DNA of 64,000 bases, taken from the IMG/VR virus record IMGVR_UViG_3300010340_000980. One strand, 5' to 3'. The stretch is from an uncultured virus (IMG/VR IMGVR_UViG_3300010340_000980). Lineage: Duplodnaviria; Heunggongvirae; Uroviricota; Caudoviricetes. Below the pieces are notes generated by a model. It was not told where the DNA came from. It saw only the letters and a list, made by a program, of their open reading frames with translations, and ran no database searches. Within the stretch, counting starts at the first letter, position 1; each line of letters begins with the position of its first letter. Below are positions 28,358 through 38,700 of this stretch, one piece after another. Made by a program: the position numbers and the translations under genes.

Positions 28358-28557
28358 TCTATTCTTTGCCATTCACTAAAAGTTGCTATCTTAACACCTT
28401 CTACATCTTGTATAAAAAATAACATCTTATTTACACCTTTTAGATCTTCATAATCTGTCCAATTTTCTATTTTCTCAAGAACTAATTTGAAAAATGGAGA
28501 ATCATTTTTTGATAATTCAGATTTTAAGTATTTAAAATATTCTTCTACCGGCTTCAT
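28354..28557 (-). CDS. hypothetical protein
   Basis: 67 aa ORF. Confidence 0.55.
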   Translation of the reverse strand: MKPVEEYFKYLKSELSKNDSPFFKLVLEKIENWTDYEDLKGVNKMLFFIQDVEGVKIATFSEWQRID

Positions 28558-29035
28558 ATATTGGTATATTTTTTTTCTTTAAAATGTTTATTGAACCCGG
28601 AGAATCAAATAATGAGTCTTCTATAAAATCAACGTAGATAATATATTTATCTATATCTATAATATTATCAACAGATGCCTCCTCGAATTCAAAAGGTTCA
28701 AAACGATGAATGCTAGACTTTGAATAGGTTTCTTTTCCGCTATGGATAAAATAATCATATGGGTAAAATTTATACCCATCAATTATCATTCTATTTTTAT
28801 CTAAGCATAAAATTAAATTTAAATCATTTTTATAATTATTAATATTTATCCTATTAATTCTAGAAAATGAGACAATTTTGACACTTTTTCCAAAAAATGG
28901 ATTATCAAACCAACCAACTTTTAAAATGTTCTCTTTTAGAATATTAAGTAGATAGTAATTATTAGTAAAGTGATATAGTGGAGCAAAATTCGAATCAAGG
29001 TAAGACTCTTCTAGAAAATCTTTAAATTTTAACAT
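28532..29035 (-). CDS. hypothetical protein (MLKFKDFLEES; LYHFT motif)
   Basis: 167 aa; LYHFT...SFSR...EEA is loosely ADP-ribosyltransferase-like. Confidence 0.6.
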   Translation of the reverse strand: MLKFKDFLEESYLDSNFAPLYHFTNNYYLLNILKENILKVGWFDNPFFGKSVKIVSFSRINRININNYKNDLNLILCLDKNRMIIDGYKFYPYDYFIHSGKETYSKSSIHRFEPFEFEEASVDNIIDIDKYIIYVDFIEDSLFDSPGSINILKKKNIPIYEAGRRIF

Positions 29036-29069
29036 TGATTATATATAAATTTTTCATATATTTGCCATT

Positions 29070-29258
29070 ATGGACATTAAAGAAAAACTTGAACTAAATA
29101 AAACTATTCGAAAATATGAAGGAACTAATGCCTTCATCTTGTCTCTGAAAAAGAACCTTGCCTCAAAATATTGTAAAAAAGAATCTTTAGATGGTAAAGA
29201 ATACAAAGTTCTTTCTGAAAAACAATATCTTGCTGCTAAGTCCACACTTCAATCATGA
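29070..29258 (+). CDS. hypothetical protein
   Basis: 62 aa; TATATTTG upstream. Confidence 0.6.
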   Translation: MDIKEKLELNKTIRKYEGTNAFILSLKKNLASKYCKKESLDGKEYKVLSEKQYLAAKSTLQS

Positions 29259-29458
29259 TTAAGTGTACTGATAAAGGAATTTGGACTTGTATAAGTAGAT
29301 CAGGCATTCCAAAGAAATCTTATGATACCGACAATGCTGCCATTTCAGCCGCTAAAATAGTCAATCTAAAAGATCCTAAACCTGATACTAAACTTGTTGC
29401 TTACAAATGCACGCATTGTCAAAAATACCACCTTCTTTCAGTTAGGAAGAAGGTTTAA
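29255..29458 (+). CDS. small Zn-binding hypothetical protein
   Basis: AYKCTHCQKYHL. Confidence 0.6.
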   Translation: MIKCTDKGIWTCISRSGIPKKSYDTDNAAISAAKIVNLKDPKPDTKLVAYKCTHCQKYHLLSVRKKV

Positions 29459-30836
29459 GACTATACCTTAGTATAGAAGCGATTTCTTTATTTAACTCAC
29501 CACTATCAACATCACCCCAATCCCTAAAATGTGGTTTTAATTCATAATTGGTATAATCATCAGAACACCACTCTATGAAAAGAGAGTCTAATGAATATCC
29601 TTTAAGTGATTTACCATAATCTAATATCCACTTATCTTGAAATGGTAGTTCATAGTGAGTTACCATAGTCTTATAATAAACCTTCTCATTAGTATCTTTC
29701 TTAATGTAATACTTCTCCACTTCTTTTTCAAGTTTAGTATATTCTGTAACTTCTGATACACATTCATCAAATTCATTCATCAAATCTTCCCAATTTTGTT
29801 CACAATGCGCCTGTCTTTCCCAATCAGATATGGTTTCTCTAACTGTATCCATTATTTCCGAATCATGACTTAATCTCTTTATAGAATTAAGAAAGCGCTC
29901 TTTTAATAAAAAGTCAATAACTTCATTTTCTGACTTACCAACTAAACTTTCATAAGTATTATCTTCATCAATAAGATTATTAATAGTTGGCTCTAAACCA
30001 CCCAATTCTTGAATCATCGATTTAACTAATAAAATTCTATTATCTTTATCTAAAGTATATTGAAACATACTATTAATTTCAGGATAGTATCCATCTCCAT
30101 AGTAGTCACCTATATCCAATTCACCTTCTTCTAAAACCTTACCCCATCTTTTATAATCATTTGATGATAAAATTGATCTTGCCATATCATCAATATCAAC
30201 ATGGCAATAAATTTTATCACCTTCTATTCTATCACATTTCCATTCATATATTTCAGCTAACATTTTATCAGTTAATTTAACTTCTTCTGATTGATTAACT
30301 AATATAACAAGTTCAGCAGAACTAATATAGATATCACCATCTGCCATATCCTCTTGTTTATAAGTAAGTGGTTTACCAGAAGTTTCTGGTATCCAAGTAA
30401 TAACAGAACCTTTATCTAAGTGTATATTTTCTAAATTGGTTTTACCATCTTCATCTTCAATAGTATCAACAATATATCCCTCACCTTTTAGTTGTGATAT
30501 AGCACTTTGAAATTCATCGGTAACATCACTACCTTTATATTGGCTTTTAACAATCCCAATTCTATATCCTGGATAGTAACTCTCACCGCTAAATATAACA
30601 TCATTACCATCATTGATATCAAACATTAGTAGTTTATCATCAGCCGGATTTTTAGGATCATAAAATTTATTATTTGAATATCCATAGTATCCAAAAAATA
30701 CTTTTGTAATGCTTAGAGCATATCCTTCATCAGTAATATGTTGAAAGATATCTTTAATTTCATCTTCACCTAGCCAATACATCGAATTTTCATTTAAAGA
30801 CTCTTTTATGAACTGTAGATACTTTTTTAATCTCAT
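29442..30836 (-). CDS. acidic hypothetical protein (MRLKKYLQFIKES)
   Basis: 464 aa ORF. Confidence 0.75.
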   Translation of the reverse strand: MRLKKYLQFIKESLNENSMYWLGEDEIKDIFQHITDEGYALSITKVFFGYYGYSNNKFYDPKNPADDKLLMFDINDGNDVIFSGESYYPGYRIGIVKSQYKGSDVTDEFQSAISQLKGEGYIVDTIEDEDGKTNLENIHLDKGSVITWIPETSGKPLTYKQEDMADGDIYISSAELVILVNQSEEVKLTDKMLAEIYEWKCDRIEGDKIYCHVDIDDMARSILSSNDYKRWGKVLEEGELDIGDYYGDGYYPEINSMFQYTLDKDNRILLVKSMIQELGGLEPTINNLIDEDNTYESLVGKSENEVIDFLLKERFLNSIKRLSHDSEIMDTVRETISDWERQAHCEQNWEDLMNEFDECVSEVTEYTKLEKEVEKYYIKKDTNEKVYYKTMVTHYELPFQDKWILDYGKSLKGYSLDSLFIEWCSDDYTNYELKPHFRDWGDVDSGELNKEIASILRYSLKPSS

Positions 30837-30848
30837 AGAAGTATATAT

Positions 30849-30881
30849 AAAAAAAGGGAGTCAAATTGACTCCCTTTTTTT
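30849..30881. terminator. intrinsic terminator
   Basis: aaaaaagggagtc-aaatt-gactcccttttttt. Confidence 0.8.
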
Positions 30882-30900
30882 AGATGTTCGCTTTATAAAT

Positions 30901-31860
30901 TTATATTTTACTAAGTAATTCAGATTTCTTATTTGAAAATTCTTCGTCTGTCAAAATTCCTACTGAATGTAAATCTCCTAATTTTTTAATTAGTTCTATA
31001 ATATTTTCATATTCTTTTTTAAATTTCAATCCTTCGTTTTCATTTCTAAGTTTATCAAGTATATCTTCTCTTTTAGAAATCTTTTTTATTTCCATGGGCT
31101 TTCTTGAGCTTGGTAGGAGTTGATAGACAAGATGATGTATGTAATTTTTTTCAAAATCCATATCAACATCAACAAATTGTTGGTTTGATTTTTGTCCTTT
31201 TTCTACTCTACCGGTTTCAATTGATCCTAGATCAACTGAGTTATAATAAGCATTTCCAGATGTTAATGATCCATTAAATGAAGAATTTGTGAATGATGTT
31301 CCGCTACCATTGTTTAATACACCACCATACACACTACTTGTGTTATATGCACTTGATACATTAACTGAATTACAAGTTGTGATTGTTCCAGTACCAAGTG
31401 TATAATATGTTGGATACCATCTTGGATATATTGGAAAATATACTGGATATTCATTTATAATAACTCTATGATATTTATCTATCCAATTTTGTAAAGTCAC
31501 TGCTTGTTCTTTATAGAAAAATACTTCTAACAATCCATTATCAACAATTGCATCAAGTGATTCTTGTGTGCCATCAACTGTGTATGTTTGGAAAATAAAC
31601 TTTTTTCTATCATCAACAAAACAGTCTAGATAAACTCGTTGTCCAGGTTTTACAACCAAACCAGTTTTAGCGATCGAACTACCGTTCAAACGGATATCAG
31701 CTAATATAGATTCTTTTAGGGGGTTGTGAATTTCGATTTCAAATTCTTGATTATCGTCAAGATATATTTTATCTCCTTTGATTGATTTTCTGCCTTTATC
31801 TTTTGGATTTACAATCCATGCACTAGGCAAATTAGTGCCTTTTTTTTGTTTAACTTTCAT
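30901..31860 (-). CDS. hypothetical protein with C-terminal SHOCT domain
   Basis: IKKLGDLHSVGILTDEEFSNKKSELLSKI. Confidence 0.7.
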   Translation of the reverse strand: MKVKQKKGTNLPSAWIVNPKDKGRKSIKGDKIYLDDNQEFEIEIHNPLKESILADIRLNGSSIAKTGLVVKPGQRVYLDCFVDDRKKFIFQTYTVDGTQESLDAIVDNGLLEVFFYKEQAVTLQNWIDKYHRVIINEYPVYFPIYPRWYPTYYTLGTGTITTCNSVNVSSAYNTSSVYGGVLNNGSGTSFTNSSFNGSLTSGNAYYNSVDLGSIETGRVEKGQKSNQQFVDVDMDFEKNYIHHLVYQLLPSSRKPMEIKKISKREDILDKLRNENEGLKFKKEYENIIELIKKLGDLHSVGILTDEEFSNKKSELLSKI

Positions 31861-31999
31861 AGTTATTCTTTTATTTTAGTCTTATATCTTTGAGTCTTTT
31901 CAAACTCTCAACAGTGTCACAAGAACACTCGACATAAGATGTGCGAACATCTAATTTATTATATTGTATTATTTTAAAAAGTTTTATATATTTGTTAAC

Positions 32000-32251
32000 A
32001 TGAAGAATAGAAAATTACTTGGAATAATTGGAACAGTATCAGGAGCATTGCTAATGTTATTCATAATACCAATTGTAGGAATTTACTTCAATTCGGACTT
32101 TTTCAATAACAAACAAAGTTCACTTTGGTATTTTATTTTATTTTTGATACTTACCGCCACCGCCAACATTACATTTGAAAAGTCAAACCATCCAAAAGAT
32201 TTTGATGAAATACGTGATGAAAAGTTAAGTGAAATCCTAAAATCCAAGTAA
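32000..32251 (+). CDS. small membrane protein
   Basis: Two hydrophobic segments; ends IRDEKLSEIL. Confidence 0.65.
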   Translation: MKNRKLLGIIGTVSGALLMLFIIPIVGIYFNSDFFNNKQSSLWYFILFLILTATANITFEKSNHPKDFDEIRDEKLSEILKSK

Positions 32252-32289
32252 ATTTGGATTTTCCATATTTTTAACTTATATTTGTATAA

Positions 32290-33468
32290 ATGAAAAATTA
32301 TATAAAATCAACATTTCTAAAACTCACATCTAAAACATATCCATATGGATATGAAGATGATTTTGTTGTTGAAATGCAAGGCATTGGTATTTTACCAAAA
32401 AATCTTGAGAAAGATAGTCAAGGTAACTACTTCCTAAAAATAGGAGATAGTAGAACTATTTTTGCATCTCACTTTGATACCGCTTGTAAGAATCAAACTC
32501 AAGTAAATCACTTTATTGATGGAAATATAATTAGAACTGATAAGACATCAATACTTGGAGCTGATGATAAAGCTGGTGTAACTATTATGTTGTGGATGAT
32601 AAAAAATAATATTCCTGGATTATACTACTTCTTCTTTGGTGAAGAGGTTGGATGTATTGGTTCTGGACTTGCCGCAAAATTTATAGAGGTAAAGGGATTG
32701 TACGATAGAATAATCTCATTTGATCGTAGAGGAACAACATCTATTATCACACATCAATCATATACAAGAACTTGCTCTGATGAATTTGGAAAAGAATTGG
32801 CAAAACAACTTAATAAGAAAGGACTTGATTATAGAATTGATGATACCGGAGTTTACACAGATTCAGCAGAATTTACCTCAGTAATTCCAGAATGTACTAA
32901 TGTATCTGTTGGGTATTACCAGGAACATACAACTAATGAACACCAAGATATTAAACACCTAACAGAATTAGCAAATGCTTGTCTTTTTGTAGAGTGGGAA
33001 AATCTTCCAACTAAACGTGATATTACTAAAGTTGAATCCAAATGGAGTGGATATGATTCAACATATGGTGTAACTTATAGAAATAACACAAATTCTTGGA
33101 ACAGTAGAGGATTTTCTAAAGGAAATAAAACTTGGAACAATTCTAATTTCAGTGAATATGGAAATTCAGAATATGATGATTTTTATGTAAATAAGAAAAA
33201 GACAAAGACAAGACGTGGAAATAAAAAAAGTAATAGAGAATTTTACGATAATGGTTCTGAATTGTTAGAAATAACAGGTAAAGATTTTGAAATAGAAGAT
33301 AGAATTAATTCAAAATTAAATTCAAAATATGAACCTATCAAAGAAAAGTTTTTAAATACATCAATTTCTAGAGAAGAGATTGAAATAATAAAAGAACAAT
33401 ATTTGGATTTAAATGATCCAAATGATAGAGATGTTTACGAAGTAATGATCAATTCTCTGGTTTATTGA
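32290..33468 (+). CDS. M28-family metallopeptidase-like protein
   Basis: SHFDT, GADDKAG, EEVG, FDRRG, EH. Confidence 0.8.
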   Translation: MKNYIKSTFLKLTSKTYPYGYEDDFVVEMQGIGILPKNLEKDSQGNYFLKIGDSRTIFASHFDTACKNQTQVNHFIDGNIIRTDKTSILGADDKAGVTIMLWMIKNNIPGLYYFFFGEEVGCIGSGLAAKFIEVKGLYDRIISFDRRGTTSIITHQSYTRTCSDEFGKELAKQLNKKGLDYRIDDTGVYTDSAEFTSVIPECTNVSVGYYQEHTTNEHQDIKHLTELANACLFVEWENLPTKRDITKVESKWSGYDSTYGVTYRNNTNSWNSRGFSKGNKTWNNSNFSEYGNSEYDDFYVNKKKTKTRRGNKKSNREFYDNGSELLEITGKDFEIEDRINSKLNSKYEPIKEKFLNTSISREEIEIIKEQYLDLNDPNDRDVYEVMINSLVY

Positions 33469-33674
33469 TTTAAATAATCAATAATATCAGAGGATTTAAC
33501 AATTTCATCAGGAGCATTAGATATTTTAGATTGTGAAATATTATGAGTAACTTTGTAGCTACGTTTTGTTTTTTCAAGTATTTTTACGGGTGTGATCATG
33601 TCATTGTACCAATACTCTATTAAAACAATATCACCTTCTTTATAATAATTTTTAAACTCGAGTAAAAAATTCAT
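33462..33674 (-). CDS. hypothetical protein
   Basis: ATG at 33674 (MNFLLEFKNY) downstream of AATATATA. Confidence 0.55.
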   Translation of the reverse strand: MNFLLEFKNYYKEGDIVLIEYWYNDMITPVKILEKTKRSYKVTHNISQSKISNAPDEIVKSSDIIDYLNQ

Positions 33675-33686
33675 ATAGTATATATT

Positions 33687-34637
33687 ATGTTTGAAAGACT
33701 TAACTTTGATGAAAATTTCTGGAACTTTATCGAGGATACTAGAAACCTTCATATAGTATCTAATTTGCTATATAATGGTAGTTTATCATTTATAAAAAAT
33801 GAAGGAGACTTTATTAAAGTAGTAGTTGATGAATTTGATACAATTTCATTTGTTCCTAAATCTAAATTATCTTTAAGTAAAGGATTTAATGAAGAAAAAT
33901 ATAGAACAAACATAAAAATAGGAAGATTTGTAAAGAAATTCATTAAAAAAGAAATTTTACAAATGTATTCAGTATATGATAGTTCTATAGAAGAATTTGT
34001 TAATTTATTTAAAAGCTATTTTGATAATGATATTAAAACTTTTAAAATTATTTCAGGACCTGAAATAAAAAAATGGTATTTAGAATCTAATTATTTTTCA
34101 CCTAATGGTTATAAATGTGGCACCATTTGGAATTCATGTATGAGATATAGTATTAAAAATTCATTTATGGATATTTATGCTGAAAATCCAAACATAGTTA
34201 AAATGTTGGTACATATTGATGAAAAATCTGGTAGTGTTAAATCTAGAGCACTTTTATGGGAAAATGTAGTAGATAAAGATGGAAATTCATATAAAGTAAT
34301 GGATAGAATCTATACGTATTACGATCATGAAGTAACATCATTTAAACAATGGGCAACTGAAAATGGATATATTTTTAAACATGAACAATCAGCAAAGTCA
34401 GAAAGATTGTTCACAACACCTACTGGAGTAAAGGATTTGAAATTACAAATTCAATTGGAAAATTGGAAGATGTCAACTTATCCTTATATAGATACATTTA
34501 AATTTCTTGATTTTAAAAAAGGATTACTTTCTAATTCAAATCTTTTTAATTTTGATTATGTGCTTATACAAAATGATGGATCCTTAGAAAATATGGAAGA
34601 TTTGATAGAAGATTTTGATGAAATAGAAGACTATTAA
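33687..34637 (+). CDS. hypothetical phage protein
   Basis: 316 aa; SCMR, RALLW, MDRIY, YPYIDTF. Confidence 0.7.
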   Translation: MFERLNFDENFWNFIEDTRNLHIVSNLLYNGSLSFIKNEGDFIKVVVDEFDTISFVPKSKLSLSKGFNEEKYRTNIKIGRFVKKFIKKEILQMYSVYDSSIEEFVNLFKSYFDNDIKTFKIISGPEIKKWYLESNYFSPNGYKCGTIWNSCMRYSIKNSFMDIYAENPNIVKMLVHIDEKSGSVKSRALLWENVVDKDGNSYKVMDRIYTYYDHEVTSFKQWATENGYIFKHEQSAKSERLFTTPTGVKDLKLQIQLENWKMSTYPYIDTFKFLDFKKGLLSNSNLFNFDYVLIQNDGSLENMEDLIEDFDEIEDY

Positions 34638-34661
34638 AAACCTCAGTAATGAGGTTTTTTT
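34636..34661 (+). terminator. intrinsic terminator
   Basis: aaaaacctca-gtaa-tgaggttttttt. Confidence 0.8.
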
Positions 34662-34707
34662 GTTTTAGGAACATCGACAAAGAATATATAAATAAAAAAG
34701 TCGATTT

Positions 34708-35487
34708 ATGGCAAGACAATCTCAAAGAAATAAAGTCTCACTTAAAACACAAGCTCTGAAAGAAATACAAGACGAAGTTCGTAACTATGAATTAGAGAAA
34801 AAGCAAAAAAAGTATGCTTCTTTAAGTAAAGAATCTTTCCAAAATAATGGAGTGAGATTGAGTGATAAACAAAATGACTTATATAAAGGAATAAGAAATA
34901 ACACACTAACTGTTGTTCATGGACCAGCTGGTACTTCCAAAACATTTACAAGTTGTTATACCGCATTATCTCTCTTAGCAGATAAAAAAGTAGATAAAAT
35001 TATCATTACCAAACCTATTCAAGAAAGTGGTGAACAAATTGGACTTTTACCAGGAACAGTTGCTGAAAAAATCGATCCATATAAACAATCATATTATACA
35101 AATTTTTGTAAAATTTTAGACAAACCAACAATAGATTGGTTATTTGCAACAGAATTAATTGTATTTGAACCATTAGCTTATATGAGAGGTTCTACATATG
35201 ATAATTGTATAATGTTATTAGATGAGTGTCAAAATGCATCAATAAAACAATTAATGTTATGGTCAACTCGTCTTGGAAAAGAAGCTAAAGCAGTCATGAT
35301 GGGTGATACATCTCAATATGATGTTAAAAAAAGAGATTCTGGATACACCGATTTTATAGGCATGACAAAGGATATGGAAGACTTATACATATTTAAATTT
35401 GAAAATGAAGATATAGTTAGAAATAAATTTCTAATTGAATTGACAAATCGATACGATAAATATAGATCTGATAACACTATTTTATGA
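34708..35487 (+). CDS. phoH: PhoH-like ATPase
   Basis: GPAGTSKT, LAYMRGST, DECQN, TRLG, GDTSQ, DIVRN. Confidence 0.92.
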   Translation: MARQSQRNKVSLKTQALKEIQDEVRNYELEKKQKKYASLSKESFQNNGVRLSDKQNDLYKGIRNNTLTVVHGPAGTSKTFTSCYTALSLLADKKVDKIIITKPIQESGEQIGLLPGTVAEKIDPYKQSYYTNFCKILDKPTIDWLFATELIVFEPLAYMRGSTYDNCIMLLDECQNASIKQLMLWSTRLGKEAKAVMMGDTSQYDVKKRDSGYTDFIGMTKDMEDLYIFKFENEDIVRNKFLIELTNRYDKYRSDNTIL

Positions 35488-35518
35488 TTGAAAAATGAAC
35501 ATAATTAATATATAGTTC

Positions 35519-35734
35519 ATGAAGAATAAGAATGACTTAGTATATGATTTAATTTTTTCTGAAAAAAATCAGTTTACAATTGATGTAGGTGATTATGTAT
35601 CAGACATATATAAGTATGATGAGTTTATAGATGAAATAAAGCAAATTCTTTGTAAATCAAAAGTAACTATTGCAAATAATTCAGTTGATGTGAATAGCAA
35701 AACAGTTATATGGAAATTAAAAGTTAAAAAGTAA
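35519..35734 (+). CDS. hypothetical protein
   Basis: 71 aa; AATATATA upstream. Confidence 0.6.
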   Translation: MKNKNDLVYDLIFSEKNQFTIDVGDYVSDIYKYDEFIDEIKQILCKSKVTIANNSVDVNSKTVIWKLKVKK

Positions 35735-35736
35735 AT

Positions 35737-38700
35737 ATGTGGATATTAAATAACGATACTAAAAAATGGACACCTAATGTTGATACCTTAGATGTTTCAG
35801 ATTATCAATCATTAAAACAAGATTTAAAATTTTTAAGATTTTATCAAAGTGTTTTGAGCTCATCCACATTTGTTAGAATGGATGATTTAGGTAATATTTA
35901 TGATATTTTAACCAATTATAAATCAAAAAACTACAATTACTCCACATCATTGAGTCCATATGTATCACCTTATCCTTATGCAATAAAAAATAGCTCTGCC
36001 ATAACATCAACAGATTCTCTTTACGATTTTAAAGAAAAGTTTCTACCAGAATATGGATTAACTCTAAAAAATTTATTCACTCCAAAAAGATTAATAGATG
36101 ATCAAATAAAAAATCTTTTATATGTCGATGTAGCAACAACTGATATAATTGATATTACTAAAAAATTACCAGGATTGGAAATTGATGGTGTTTTTATAAA
36201 GGAAGGACATAGAATATTAATTAAAAATCAATACTCATTAATAACTTTAGATTCATCAATAGATCCCAGCACATACTTTGATGGTCAATATCAAATACAA
36301 GAAACAATTGGAAATAATATTACCTATATTATTTATAACTCAACAAATGGAATCTATACTTACACTAAAGAAAAATTAATAAGAACAAGTGATTTAGATT
36401 TATATGAGAATATAATTAAATATTCAATTTGTGTTAAACTTGGAACTGTTAATAGAGAAACACAATGGTCTCTGCAAAGATTAAAAACCGGATTCTTTCC
36501 GGAATATCTTAAAAACGAAACTATGTATTTTAAAGAAAGACATAATTATGTTTTAAGAAATAGAATGGATTATAATAACTTATATGAATTAGTTCTTAAT
36601 GATACATTAAAACACGGAACACAATCATTTATTGTAAATGATATTTCATATACAATTCCTGAAAGAACTATCACAGTAGGTGAGTTTGGTATAATTATTT
36701 GTCATCAAGAAGGCAAAACAAATATAATCAACTCAAAATTTAAAGTAAATCTAAGATCTATATCAGAAACAGAAAAGAATTATTGGATTTGTGGTGATGA
36801 TGGAACTCTATTAAAAGTTAATAAGATAAACTTTGAAATTGAAAAAATTAAACTTTTAGAAAAATTAGCCGATCCAAAACCTGGAATTCCTAAAGATCCT
36901 AGAGTTTATAGAGATGATGGAACAGTTTTAACAACATTAACATCAGTATCATTTTTCAATGAATCAAGAGGTATTGTTGTTGGTAAATTTAATCAACTAT
37001 GGATAACTGATAACGGTGGATATAATTGGAAAAGAATAAATATTGTTGATTTCGATGGATATAATTTCAATATTGTTATCTATCAATTTATTGATAGATT
37101 TTATATAGGTGGTGATAATGGTGTATTCATTGACTTTTTATATGAATCTGGAAACTGGACGGCATATAAAAGAAGAGTCTCAAAATTTGTTGATTTGGAT
37201 GACGAATATTTATTAGTTGATGATATCGCAGACTTAGAATACTTCTCAACAGGAACCGCGAGTTTTATTGCAATTAGCGCTAAAAATGACAATCTTTATT
37301 TATATGATATTGAAAATTCTGTAAGTAATTTTAATTTCATTTTCCTAGGAAATCCAATATTTAGTGATATAAGTAGCATTAGATATGTATCAGCAACATC
37401 TAGTTTGTTTTTAAGTTCATTTGAATCAATTTATCAAGTTAATCCACTATCAGGAACTTTTTCAAACACGGAATCAAATATATTTAGTGTGACTTATTCA
37501 AGTTTCTATACACAATCTGGAATTAATTCAATTTATAATTATAATAATGAATTAATTATAACTGGAAATAATTCATTATGGCAAGAAAGTTTATCTGGTA
37601 CATTTTCTGATATTTATGATAATAAATTCTTTTCTAATCTTAAGCCTAGATTGTTATTTATGGACTATGATGCAGGATCAAAACTATATTGGTTTGATGA
37701 TTATGGTCAATATAGATTACCTAGTAAATATATTGTTCCTGTTAGTTATTTAATAGATTCTAATTCAGTAACTGAAACTCAAATATCATTTAGACAAAAT
37801 TCAAATAATGTATTTGATTCAATTACATCAACAACTTATAGTTATTATGATAATAATTGGATAACTTATTGGAAAGATAGGCTCAAAACATTTGAATATT
37901 ATACACATTTAAGTGATGGGTTTAAAGTTGAACCATCGTTTGATTTTAAAAGTTCTGACTACTTATCAGGTGTTTTCACTTATTCAACATCTGATATTAC
38001 TTGTGATTATACTGATATTCAAAATCTAATGCCATCAACAAGTAATAAATTTAGAGAACAATCAACACCTATAACATCACCTGGTACACTTTATCCATTA
38101 TATTTTTATGGATTTTTGGGAGTTTGGGCAATTACAATAGGTTCAACACAAAGTGCTCCTGAAAAAGGAGATGTTCTTTATATTGACTCTAATTTATTTA
38201 GTGGTAAATTTATTATCAATAAAGTATTTTCAGAAACAATTGGATTAGATACTACATATTATCAATATTTTTATACTGATTTTAATGATAATATTCTTAA
38301 TAATTTAAAATACGGTAAATTAACAGGTTCTTTAGAAATAAGAAATCTAAATAAATATCCAACTAAAACGGGTGGTGTTAAATCATTTACAATTACTAGT
38401 TATGGATCTGAATATATTCCAGGTTCTTATGTCGCAGTTATCTCAACAAGTAATACTGGGTCTATGGCAACATTTGATATTGAAATAGATGGATCAAGAA
38501 ATATATCATCTATTATATTAAATGAACCAGGATTTGGATTTTCGGTTGGTGATATAATAAATATTACAACAACAAGTATTATTGGTGGTAACGCTGATGT
38601 GGTTTTAACTATATCCGAATTAGATTATAATTCATTATTTTTAGAAAACTTTAAAAAACATTACATCTCAAATGCATATGAGATTGAAGTTATCACAGAT

